From an uncultured bacterium (GTDB lineage: Bacteria; Actinomycetota; Acidimicrobiia; Spongiisociales; UBA5794), in assembly GCA_963801165.1 (NCBI GenBank), contig CAWDDT010000006.1:64001-128000 (forward strand): a stretch of 64,000 nucleotides of DNA, in the 5' to 3' direction. Both the position numbers and the translations under genes were made by a program. This document shows positions 38,610 through 47,124 of the stretch, one piece after another. Position 1 is the first letter of the stretch. Each line of letters starts with the position of its first letter. The notes under the pieces are model-generated. The model saw only the letters and a program-made list of their open reading frames with translations, had not been told where the DNA came from and did not search any database.

Positions 38610-39543
38610 GGGTGGGGCCTGCGGGGACCACATCCGGTCGCGGGTAGAGCCCGAGGCGGGTCACGATATCCGGAAGGATGGAATGCCAGGACACAGCCAT
38701 GACGTGCAGTCCGCGCACTCCCTCGATCTGGCGCACCTCCTCGGCGATCTCCAGACAGAGGTTGACGCCCTCCTCGGCCGCTCGATCCTTGTCGAGGCCC
38801 TCGAGTCGCTTGACGACCTGGTCGGGCACATCCATCCCTGCGATCTCATCTCGCATGTACTTGGCCGCACGGGCGGAGCGTACGGGGCCGATTCCCGCCA
38901 GGATGGCAGTCTTCTCGTGGAGGCCCATGTCGACGACCCGTTTCATGTATTCCCGGAAACGGGGAATGTTGTAGATGAGTTGAGTCTGGATGAAGTCGGC
39001 GCCCGCCGCGATCTTCTTGGCGAGACGGATCGGTCGGAAGTCGTGCGGCGGCGCAAAGGGATTGGCTGCGGCCCCGATGAAGTAGCTCGGCGTGATCTTC
39101 GGAATCGGCTTCCCGTTCTCGAATACGGCGTCGTCGCGCATCATCCGCATCATGCGGACGAGGTTGATCGAGTCGATCTCGAAGACACCCTTGGCGTGCG
39201 GATGATCGCCCCAGATGGTGGCGTCGCCGCTTAGAGCGAGCACATTTTCGATGCCGAATAGCGACGCCCCCAACAGATCCGACTGCATCGCAAGCCGGTT
39301 GCGGTCACGACAAGTGATCTGGAGAACGGGATCGAGACCCGCCTGCTTGACCATGACGCTCGTAGCGAGGCTGGATGCATGCACGCGCGCCGACTGGTTG
39401 TCGGTGACGTTGAATGCGTCGGCATAGTCGGCGAGATGGTCGATCTGACGTCGGATGGCCTCTGGGTTGGGGCCAACCGGGGGCGAGATCTCGAGGGTCA
39501 GAGCGAAATGGCCGGCGTCGAGAACTGACTTGAGACGGCTCAT
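38530..39543 (-). CDS. metF: Methylenetetrahydrofolate reductase
   Basis: NVTDN, QITCRDRNRLA, LSGD, KKIAAGADFIQTQ, GLHVM. Confidence 0.93.
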   Translation of the reverse strand: MSRLKSVLDAGHFALTLEISPPVGPNPEAIRRQIDHLADYADAFNVTDNQSARVHASSLATSVMVKQAGLDPVLQITCRDRNRLAMQSDLLGASLFGIENVLALSGDATIWGDHPHAKGVFEIDSINLVRMMRMMRDDAVFENGKPIPKITPSYFIGAAANPFAPPHDFRPIRLAKKIAAGADFIQTQLIYNIPRFREYMKRVVDMGLHEKTAILAGIGPVRSARAAKYMRDEIAGMDVPDQVVKRLEGLDKDRAAEEGVNLCLEIAEEVRQIEGVRGLHVMAVSWHSILPDIVTRLGLYPRPDVVPAGPTPAPSRSPTHCPDDPADRVARRSGFPE

Positions 39544-40106
39544 TTGATGATTACCTCGGAAACGTGATGCGGCCCGTTGCCGCTACCGCTGGTCACCTGG
39601 TCTCGCCCGACAGCGAAGGTGACCCACGAAGCGGTCTTGTGCAGCCGCCAGTCGACCGGGGGATTGATCTTGCCGATCTCGTCACGATATGGGGTGCGCT
39701 CCGAGCGGATCACGGCCCTGGTCCACACGCAATCCATTTCGGGCTTGACCTCGCACTTGCCGTTCATTCGAACCCCACCACACGGCCCATTGCGGAGTTG
39801 CTTGGGACATGTCATGGGACAGGTCATCCCGGTGTTGTGCAGGATGCACTGGCCGCACATCTGGCAGTCGAAGAGCGGCTTCTTGACCAACTCCTCCACC
39901 GGTTTCACCCAGCGTGATGCCCGTGCAACCCCGATCCTGGTGAAAAGACCTCCCATCCGCGGCAGGACCGCTTCAGCGAGCTTCCATGTCCAGACGAGGG
40001 GAGCGGGGTTGTCCTGGAGAAGGAGCCGGAACCTACGCCACAGTCCCCGCTCCTTGCGGTCACCAAAGCGAAGCACATCGGCGTTGGCGTCATTGTCAGC
40101 GGTCAT
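39540..40106 (-). CDS. metV: MTHFR C-terminal-domain (MetV-like) Cys-rich protein
   Basis: CQMCGQC, CPMTCPKQLRNGPCGG, CEV...CVW; coupled to metF. Confidence 0.85.
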   Translation of the reverse strand: MTADNDANADVLRFGDRKERGLWRRFRLLLQDNPAPLVWTWKLAEAVLPRMGGLFTRIGVARASRWVKPVEELVKKPLFDCQMCGQCILHNTGMTCPMTCPKQLRNGPCGGVRMNGKCEVKPEMDCVWTRAVIRSERTPYRDEIGKINPPVDWRLHKTASWVTFAVGRDQVTSGSGNGPHHVSEVIIK

Positions 40107-40181
40107 GGTCCGCACCTATGTCAGTATGTCCGTATGTTTGCGAGTGTACTTGAGTCAGAAACGCGCCCGGTATGGGGTCCA

Positions 40182-41093
40182 TCAGACACCGTCCAGTATG
40201 CCCAGGACGCCGCCGAGCCATTCCACCGATGCGACGGTGATCGGGTCGACGACAAGTTGCACATGCGCGACACCTGATATGGCGAAGTTGGCAAGCGCTG
40301 CGGCAATCTCCTCCTGGTCGCCAGCGATGTACTCGTTACCGGAATGCGTGGAGTCACCGTAGAGACGTCCGGTTCCACCCGGCGCCCGTACCTGGACGGC
40401 GGCGGTCTTGGCCACCTCGACAGGGTCCCGGCCGGCGCTGCGGCACTGCTGGTCGATGGTGGCGATCATCGCGGTGAGCCCGTCCGGGGTGTTGCCGTAC
40501 CAGGCGTGCCAGGCGTTCCACATATCGACATGCGGCAGCGTCACACCAAGCAGGCGCGGTCCGATCGATCCGATCATCAGCGGGGGGCCGCCGGGGCGCG
40601 GCCGCGGTACCAGCTCGCAATCTCGCGCCTTGTAGTAGGTGCCGGCGTAATCGACGCTTCCCTCCCGCAGCAGTGTGCGGATGATCGTGAAGGCCTCAGC
40701 GAAGCGAGCGGCGCGGTGATCGAAGGGATAGCCAAATGCCGAGAACTCAGTGCGGTTCCACCCGGCTCCGAGCCCGAGGATGAGACGCCCGCCCGAGATC
40801 TCGTCAACGGTGGCGGCCTTCTTGGCGAGCATTGCGGGGTTGTGAAACGCGGTGGCGGCCACAAGTGGGCCCAACTGCACCCTATCGGTCACCGCGGCGA
40901 GGGCCGCCAGCACCGACCACGCCTCCCAGGGTCCGTGGGACTCCCCGTCGATCCGGTAGAGGAGATGGTCTCCGACCCAGATCGAGTCGAACCCGACGCC
41001 CTCGGCGGTGATGGCGATGGCGCTGAGCTCCTCCCACCGCACCCGGCGCTCGATTTCGGGAAGCTGGATACCGATCTGAAATGGGCGGGTCAC
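40182..41093 (-). CDS. LLM-class flavin-dependent oxidoreductase
   Basis: GFDSIWVGDH, PAMLAKKAATVD, GRLILGLGAGW. Confidence 0.9.
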   Translation of the reverse strand: MTRPFQIGIQLPEIERRVRWEELSAIAITAEGVGFDSIWVGDHLLYRIDGESHGPWEAWSVLAALAAVTDRVQLGPLVAATAFHNPAMLAKKAATVDEISGGRLILGLGAGWNRTEFSAFGYPFDHRAARFAEAFTIIRTLLREGSVDYAGTYYKARDCELVPRPRPGGPPLMIGSIGPRLLGVTLPHVDMWNAWHAWYGNTPDGLTAMIATIDQQCRSAGRDPVEVAKTAAVQVRAPGGTGRLYGDSTHSGNEYIAGDQEEIAAALANFAISGVAHVQLVVDPITVASVEWLGGVLGILDGV

Positions 41094-41181
41094 CCGGCGA
41101 GCATACCGGTGCGGGCGCGGCGGCGGCGTCCCGGTCACGGGCGGGAGTGACACGGGACGCCGGCTGTGAGCTACTTTCCGG

Positions 41182-42447
41182 TTACTGGTTGGCCGGGCGC
41201 TCGCCAAGGGTTACGTTGATCGTGCGGCCGTCGCTGAGGGTCATCTTGATGGTGTCGCCTGCGGCATAGCGACGAAGCTGACCGATGAGCTGGAAGTGCG
41301 ATCTCATCTGGGTACCGTCGATCGCCGACACGACGTCGCCAACCTTCAGTCCGGCCTGATCCGCAGCTGAATTCGGGACAACCGACTCGATGCTGACGCC
41401 GATGGGGGCACTACCTCCGTCGGTTGTGTCCTGCATGGCCGTGCTGATCTGGACACCGAGATAGGGAATGGATGCATGACCGTTGGCGATGATCTCGTCG
41501 GCGACGCGGGTTACGATTTCGACCGGCGTGGCAAAGCCGATTCCCTCGGCTCCCACCGGGCTCACACCGACCGCGGTGGTGATTCCGACGAGGGCACCGT
41601 CCTGGTTCACCAGGGCGCCACCACTCGACCCGGAGATGATCGGGGCGTCGGTCTGGAGCATTCCGTCGAGCCCGGCCGAAGAGGAGGCGTCTGTCTGTAC
41701 CTGGCGATTGAACGCCGAGATGACACCTACGGTCAGAGATGGTCCACCGCTGAGACCGAGCGGGCTGCCCACGGCGACGGCGGGATCGCCGACGGACAGC
41801 GAGTCAGAGCTTCCTATCGTGATCGGATGGAGATCCTGTGCTGATATCTGGAGCACTGCCAGGTCGGTAGTCGGATCGGTCCCGACAACGGTGGCGGGGT
41901 AGACCCTGCCGTCGGACAGGACGACCTCGTAGCTGGACCCGGCTGCGGCGACGTGGTTGTTGGTTATGACGTGACCCTGGTTGTCGTAGATGACACCCGA
42001 TCCGGAGCCTACGTCGACTTGCCGACCGTCGAACGCGGCGCCTTGGATCTCGACGGTGACCACCGAGGGGATCACTTTCTGACCCACTGCCCTGGCGTCG
42101 AGCCGCAGCGCGGGAGAGGTTTGAATGGCGTTCGTGGCTGTGCCGCTGCCCGTCGACTGGCTGACGTCGGCCGCTGCCTGGGTGGCGATGGTTGTGGTCG
42201 AAGCCGCCGCCTCCGCGGTAGCGGTTCCGCTGTCGCGGTTGGCGACGACGGCACCAGCGATCACAGCCAGACCAAGGGCGAGTGCCGCCAGGTACCACTT
42301 CCAGTAGCGTCCGGCTCCATCTGGCTTCCGCTGCGGTGAACTCGCCGGCGGCGGGGCAGTGGCTACGGTCTGGGCATCGAGAGGAATAGATGTGCCGGTA
42401 TCTGGTCCGGCGTCTGTAGAGGGAGTTTGCGGTTCGAGGTCGTCCAT
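41182..42447 (-). CDS. HtrA/DegP-like membrane serine protease with PDZ domain
   Basis: TM helix, TNNHV, DLAV, QTDA..SGSSGG, C-terminal PDZ. Confidence 0.93.
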   Translation of the reverse strand: MDDLEPQTPSTDAGPDTGTSIPLDAQTVATAPPPASSPQRKPDGAGRYWKWYLAALALGLAVIAGAVVANRDSGTATAEAAASTTTIATQAAADVSQSTGSGTATNAIQTSPALRLDARAVGQKVIPSVVTVEIQGAAFDGRQVDVGSGSGVIYDNQGHVITNNHVAAAGSSYEVVLSDGRVYPATVVGTDPTTDLAVLQISAQDLHPITIGSSDSLSVGDPAVAVGSPLGLSGGPSLTVGVISAFNRQVQTDASSSAGLDGMLQTDAPIISGSSGGALVNQDGALVGITTAVGVSPVGAEGIGFATPVEIVTRVADEIIANGHASIPYLGVQISTAMQDTTDGGSAPIGVSIESVVPNSAADQAGLKVGDVVSAIDGTQMRSHFQLIGQLRRYAAGDTIKMTLSDGRTINVTLGERPANQ

Positions 42448-42495
42448 GCGCTATGTCCTTGTCTCACTTCCGTCATTGGGAAGCATGCGACTTCA

Positions 42496-42523
42496 GCATG
42501 AAAATCGCATGAGGAACGTGTGC
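42496..42523 (-). promoter_or_regulatory. 11-bp-period direct repeats, MprA-like operator
   Basis: Minus strand GCACAC-N5-TCATGC-N5-TCATGC upstream of the htrA-like gene. Confidence 0.45.
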
Positions 42524-42533
42524 GTAATGTCTA

Positions 42534-42578
42534 AAACTCTCGGATGTGAAACTCTCGGATGTGAAACTCTCGGATGTG
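42534..42578. repeat. 15-bp perfect tandem repeat x3
   Basis: AAACTCTCGGATGTG x3. Confidence 0.95.
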
Positions 42579-42640
42579 TCTGGCTTCCGCCCCGACACCG
42601 CCGTGCTTCTAGAGAGCCGTGCTTCCAGAGAACGCTTGGG

Positions 42641-42823
42641 CTAGGGCAGGCTCTCTGCGATACCGGAGTACGAGCTGCTCAGCTGGGTGCCGAACGCAGC
42701 GATCGCGACCAGAGCAACGAGCGCGATGAGAGACACGAGGAGCGCGTACTCCACGATGCTGGCGCCCTGATCATCGTCCGCACGGGTCGCCAGTAGGTTT
42801 CTAATACTGATGTACACGCTCAT
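42641..42823 (-). CDS. Flp family type IVb pilin
   Basis: DDQG^ASIVEYALLVSLIA prepilin motif. Confidence 0.9.
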   Translation of the reverse strand: MSVYISIRNLLATRADDDQGASIVEYALLVSLIALVALVAIAAFGTQLSSSYSGIAESLP

Positions 42824-42977
42824 TTTCAGTGTCGCCTCTGGTTGCTCTAAGTTGTCATCTGACTACGCTGAGTAGTTCTCCCCACTAAACACCTAAAACG
42901 CCTAACCGTCTAGGGGTCGAGCGACCTATTCCATAAGGTGTCACATGTAGCGACCCTGGGTCGTACAATCGACAGAG

Positions 42978-43072
42978 GCAAGAAACCGTTCAACGCAAGC
43001 AAGAGACCATTCAACGCAACCAAGAGACCATTCGTCGCAACCAAGAGACCATTCGTCGCAAGCAAGAGACCA
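42978..43072 (+). repeat. 21-bp tandem repeat x4.5 in the presumed divIVA leader
   Basis: Consensus (G/C)CAAGAGACCATTC(AA/GT)CGCAA, between TACAAT (42964-42969) and the start codon. Confidence 0.95.
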
Positions 43073-43082
43073 AAGGTACGTC

Positions 43083-44045
43083 GTGGATCTGTCACAACAG
43101 AGCATTACCGACCATCAATTCGATCTGAACCGGCGCGGCTACGATCCGGACGCCGTCGATGCGCATCTCGGCGAGATCGCCGCAGCTGTGACGGCCAGGG
43201 AAAACGAGATCGCAGCGCTGAAGCGCACCGTTTCTGAGTTGCAGGCCAAGGTCCGCGACGCCGACGAGTCGGAGGAGGCGTTGCGGCTCACCTTGAAGGC
43301 CGCTGCTCACGCCAAAGAGGAGTTGTTGAGCGGAGCCCGGGAACGGGCCGCGGAGATCGAGCGCGACGCAACAGAGCAGGCGGAGCAGCTCGTCGCAGAC
43401 GCTGAGGAGAATGCAGCGACGATCACCGAACAGGCGCAGGTGCGAGCGGAGGCCATGACCTCTGGCGCCGCCGCCCAGGCTCGTGAGGTAGCCGGGGCGG
43501 CCCTCTCCGAGAGTGAGTTGCTCGTGGTCCGCATCGAGCAGTTGCGAGCACAGGTGGGAGCTGCTGAGGAATCGCTACGTGACCTGAGCGCCGATACGAC
43601 CCCCCAGCTGGAGGAGGCCCGCGGAGCGCTCGACAAAGCCCTCGAATCCGCCCGAGCCAGTGCCGAGAACCCGGAGCTTCTGGCCGCGGCCGCGCCACCA
43701 CCGCAGCCCCCGCAGGCGGTGAGTTACCCTTCTGAGCCCGTCGTCTATGCCCCGGTCCATACTCCCGAGGCCGAGGCGGCTCCGCCAATGGAGATAGGCC
43801 AGCCTCCCGCTGCGTTCGAAGAGGTGGAGCACCGGGATGAGGTGGATCACAGAGGTGATGGTTTCACCGTTGCGGGAGACGAGCAAACCGCCGACGACGC
43901 CGCGAGGGATGCGGCCGAGAGGGATGCGGCCGAGGACGCGGCGGAGCAGAGCGAAGAAATGCCGCCGCAGCGTGTAGCAGAGTCGAGTGCCGATATCAGC
44001 GACAAAGTCGACCGGCTGCTCGAGGAGCTGCGCGAAGTTACCTGA
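43083..44045 (+). CDS. DivIVA domain-containing coiled-coil protein
   Basis: F...RRGYDPDAVDAHL, long coiled coil. Confidence 0.85.
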   Translation: MDLSQQSITDHQFDLNRRGYDPDAVDAHLGEIAAAVTARENEIAALKRTVSELQAKVRDADESEEALRLTLKAAAHAKEELLSGARERAAEIERDATEQAEQLVADAEENAATITEQAQVRAEAMTSGAAAQAREVAGAALSESELLVVRIEQLRAQVGAAEESLRDLSADTTPQLEEARGALDKALESARASAENPELLAAAAPPPQPPQAVSYPSEPVVYAPVHTPEAEAAPPMEIGQPPAAFEEVEHRDEVDHRGDGFTVAGDEQTADDAARDAAERDAAEDAAEQSEEMPPQRVAESSADISDKVDRLLEELREVT

Positions 44046-44094
44046 ACCGATCAGGGTCACCCGATGCACAGGGTGGTCTGAGCACCTTCGTGAC

Positions 44095-44199
44095 CGGTCA
44101 TTTGGAAATCGGTCATTGCGGAATCGCTCATTGGGGAATTGGTCATTGGGGAATTGGTCATTGGGGAATTGGTCATTGGGGAATTGGTCATTGGGGAAT
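44095..44199. repeat. 15-bp tandem repeat x7 overlapping the patatin stop codon
   Basis: TGGTCATTGGGGAAT x4 perfect plus 3 degenerate copies further from the gene. Confidence 0.95.
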
Positions 44200-45171
44200 T
44201 GAGGGTGTCCTCCGGCCCAATCCGTCGCTACCGGCCAGATGACGAGCGAGGACGCTCCATGTTGCGGGTGCGGCCAGCTCCTGCTTCATCGAGCGCAGCG
44301 TGCGGAGGAACACGGGCATGGCGGCATCGGATGACATCGGGTTGGGTCGGGCTACGGCGAGAACGCGGTAGTCGGGGCGGAGGATCAGCACATCGGTCTG
44401 TGGCCACTGCCGGTTGACCAACGTGACCTCGGCCTCGAGAGCCGTTCGCCCGAACCGATCGAAAATGTCCTCGTAAAAGCGCGCACCCGGGCGCCGTTCG
44501 GCGGCAGCCAGGGGCGCTATGACTATGACGAGGTCGAGGGGCGAGTCGGAACCGAGCACGAGATCGACCGAGGTTCCGCTGGCCAGGCCACCATCGGCAT
44601 ACCAGCGATCGCGAATGAGAACCGGTTGGAAGATGCCGGGTACCGCCGCCGATGCTGCGACGGCATTGCGAATTTGTGCCGGTGGGGCGGCTTCGGTGCC
44701 AAACGGCACACGCTTGCGGGCCGCAACATCGTAAGCCACGACGACCGTCGGTCGGTCCGGCCAACTGGTGGCGGCGGGTCCGAGTGCGTCATCTATCCAC
44801 CGGGCCAGACCGATCGTGGAATACAGGGCCGGGCTACCGAGCACCAGGCTGAGGTCGGGTCGGCGCAAGCCGGGGACCACGCCGTGTCTCACCCAGCGGA
44901 TGAGTCCGGACGGTCGGCTTCTCTGGAACACACGGCCGTGCAGTTCGGTGGCAACTTCGCTGCGCGTGGTCGCGGAGCCGACGAATGTCTCGAGGCTGAG
45001 CTTGTCACCGCGGACCATGGCGCCGGTCAAAGCACCGCAGGAGGTGCCGACGACGACGTCGGCAGAGTTGGGATCCCAACCGGTTGCGAGCTGTAGCGCG
45101 AGCAGAGCACCAAATTGAAACGCGGCGCCGGTAATGCCGCCGCCGCCCAGTACGAGTCCTACTCTGCTCAC
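44188..45171 (-). CDS. Patatin-like phospholipase
   Basis: LGGGG, GTSCG, DGG. Confidence 0.9.
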   Translation of the reverse strand: MSRVGLVLGGGGITGAAFQFGALLALQLATGWDPNSADVVVGTSCGALTGAMVRGDKLSLETFVGSATTRSEVATELHGRVFQRSRPSGLIRWVRHGVVPGLRRPDLSLVLGSPALYSTIGLARWIDDALGPAATSWPDRPTVVVAYDVAARKRVPFGTEAAPPAQIRNAVAASAAVPGIFQPVLIRDRWYADGGLASGTSVDLVLGSDSPLDLVIVIAPLAAAERRPGARFYEDIFDRFGRTALEAEVTLVNRQWPQTDVLILRPDYRVLAVARPNPMSSDAAMPVFLRTLRSMKQELAAPATWSVLARHLAGSDGLGRRTPSIPQ

Positions 45172-45241
45172 GGGGCATAGGATACGGCGGCGAGATGCGG
45201 AGGTGCCGGCGCTACCCAATACGGGCCAGCGCGGTTGGACC

Positions 45242-46153
45242 ATGATGAAGATCACATCGGTGTCGGATAGCGATCTCCGGGAAGCCGTGGTGGCATTCCT
45301 GGAGATGCTCGAGGGTGAAGGCGACCCCGGGCTGTCTGAGAACAAGCACATGCATCTCGGAGGAACTCACGACGTTGTCGAACGGGTGGCACACACCGAC
45401 GACGGTTCGATAGCGGGTTACGCACAGGCGGCCTGGCACCGCGCCGTCAACGGAGGATATGGCCATTGGGCTCTCGAACTGGCGGTGGCTCCCGGCTTCC
45501 GGGAGACGTCGCTGCCGAGTGATCTGGCTGCAGCGGTGGTCGAGGCAGTAGGCGATGCGGCAATGACGCTGTGGGCGCATACGTCCTATGTAGCGGGCAT
45601 GGCCAACGATTGGGGATGGCGCCGCACTCGCGCCCTTCTCGAGATGACCTGCGCGCTGCCGGTCAGCTGTGACGGGGCTGCGGCTGCGGGCATCACGTTT
45701 TCGACTTTTCGGCGGGGTTTGGACGAGGAGGCATGGGTCGTGGCCAACAACCTGGCGTTCGCCGGGCACCCCGAGAACGGGGCCTTGACGATCGCCGACC
45801 TGGAAGCGCGGATACGACAACCCTGGTTCGACCCGAACGGGTTCTTCCTGGCGTGGGACGGGGATCAGCTCGCCGGGAGCTGTTGGACAAAGGTTCATGG
45901 CGATGGGCGTGGGGAGATCTACATCATCGGTGTCGTTCCCCGGTGGGAGCGTGTTGGCCTTGGCCGCGCCCTCATTTGCCGGGGACTCAACTACCTGAGC
46001 CGGGAGAAGAATGCCACCGCCGCGCTGCTCTACGTCGAGGGTGACAACGACCGCGCCACGACGGTTTACGAGAAGGTAGGTTTCACGGTGGCCCGCCGAA
46101 TCTCGGCTTTCTCAAGGCCGAGAGACACCACTACCGGTCCGTCGGTTCGGTAG
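45242..46153 (+). CDS. mshD: Mycothiol synthase (tandem GNAT)
   Basis: NNLAFAGHPENG, WFDP.GF, CWTKVH, GEIYIIGV, LYVEGDN. Confidence 0.88.
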   Translation: MMKITSVSDSDLREAVVAFLEMLEGEGDPGLSENKHMHLGGTHDVVERVAHTDDGSIAGYAQAAWHRAVNGGYGHWALELAVAPGFRETSLPSDLAAAVVEAVGDAAMTLWAHTSYVAGMANDWGWRRTRALLEMTCALPVSCDGAAAAGITFSTFRRGLDEEAWVVANNLAFAGHPENGALTIADLEARIRQPWFDPNGFFLAWDGDQLAGSCWTKVHGDGRGEIYIIGVVPRWERVGLGRALICRGLNYLSREKNATAALLYVEGDNDRATTVYEKVGFTVARRISAFSRPRDTTTGPSVR

Positions 46154-47029
46154 TCACTCGACCCGATCGGCGCTGAGAGTCGCGGCTGCGACCGCTCGCT
46201 TGAACTCGGACAGGTAGAGATCGTTGGCACCGATCGCGACATCCATGGAGCGCTCCACCCGGAACACGAGAGTCATCGCGGCGTGATAGACGATCCAGCG
46301 GTCGAGCTGGTATCGGTCGAGAGTCCGCCCATACCCCTCCTGGAATGCGGTCGAGGCCTGAGCACCGGCGCTGAGTGCCAGCAACCAGGTTGCCTTGGAG
46401 AGATCCCACTCTGGCGGGGCGACCGTCGCCCACTCCCACGTGATCAAGGTCACCTTCCCGTGATCGTCTACGACAAAATTGTCGGGAGCGGGGTTGGTGT
46501 GTGCGGCGCGCGGGTCCGAAGCGAACGGTGGTCTCACGTCGCGGGCTTCTGCGAGGACGTCACCAGGGAGATCGAGACGGCGCCGGTAGCGATCGAGGCG
46601 CTTCAGGGTGGAGATGAAGTCCACGGCCACCCATTCCTGATCCATGCCCCGGCTCAGATTCGTAAGCCGCTCCGGATTGGCGTCGTGGACGCTGCGTAGG
46701 ATGGCACCGGCCTTGCGAGCGAGACCGGGGTTCTCGGGGAGGGTCTCGAGATTCCACCGTCCGGCGTCCTCGAAGATCGCCCAATGGAGATCGTCCTCGA
46801 GCCCGCGATCGATGATCTGAGGCATACCCGCAAGAGTGGAGAGGATTTCGATGGCGTGAAATTCCCGGCGCTCGCGGGCCGGGGTGCCGTATACCTTGAC
46901 GACCCGGGTGCCATCGCCAACCCAGATCCGGAAAACACGGTTGGCCGACTGGCCACGCTCCATACCGGTCAGCTCGTGAACCCGGCCGCCTGCGGCGAGT
47001 TTCTGTGCTACTTCGATTGGTCTCACCAC
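46154..47029 (-). CDS. Aminoglycoside-phosphotransferase-fold protein
   Basis: VVKVY, HTNPAPDNF, LITWE, PEWDL; the usual catalytic Asp positions look substituted. Confidence 0.75.
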   Translation of the reverse strand: MVRPIEVAQKLAAGGRVHELTGMERGQSANRVFRIWVGDGTRVVKVYGTPARERREFHAIEILSTLAGMPQIIDRGLEDDLHWAIFEDAGRWNLETLPENPGLARKAGAILRSVHDANPERLTNLSRGMDQEWVAVDFISTLKRLDRYRRRLDLPGDVLAEARDVRPPFASDPRAAHTNPAPDNFVVDDHGKVTLITWEWATVAPPEWDLSKATWLLALSAGAQASTAFQEGYGRTLDRYQLDRWIVYHAAMTLVFRVERSMDVAIGANDLYLSEFKRAVAAATLSADRVE

Positions 47030-47124
47030 ATGTCCTTCAATGGGGAACCCCTATTGTCGCACGCGGAGGCCTGGCTCGCATCGCTTTGGGTTACTCTTAG
47101 CAGCCAAACGCTGAGAGGTACACC

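Noticed and set aside
42910-43095. Repeat-encoded peptides (LLVATNG / KRPFVA; also VIGEL at 44139)
   Set aside because: Open frames follow automatically from repeat units that are multiples of 3; no translation signals.
42978-44199. Repeat arrays as CRISPR
   Set aside because: Units are head-to-tail with no unique spacers, and there are no cas genes in the window.
47030-47124. T-box leader for thrS
   Set aside because: The intergenic space is under 100 nt and has no T-box sequence.
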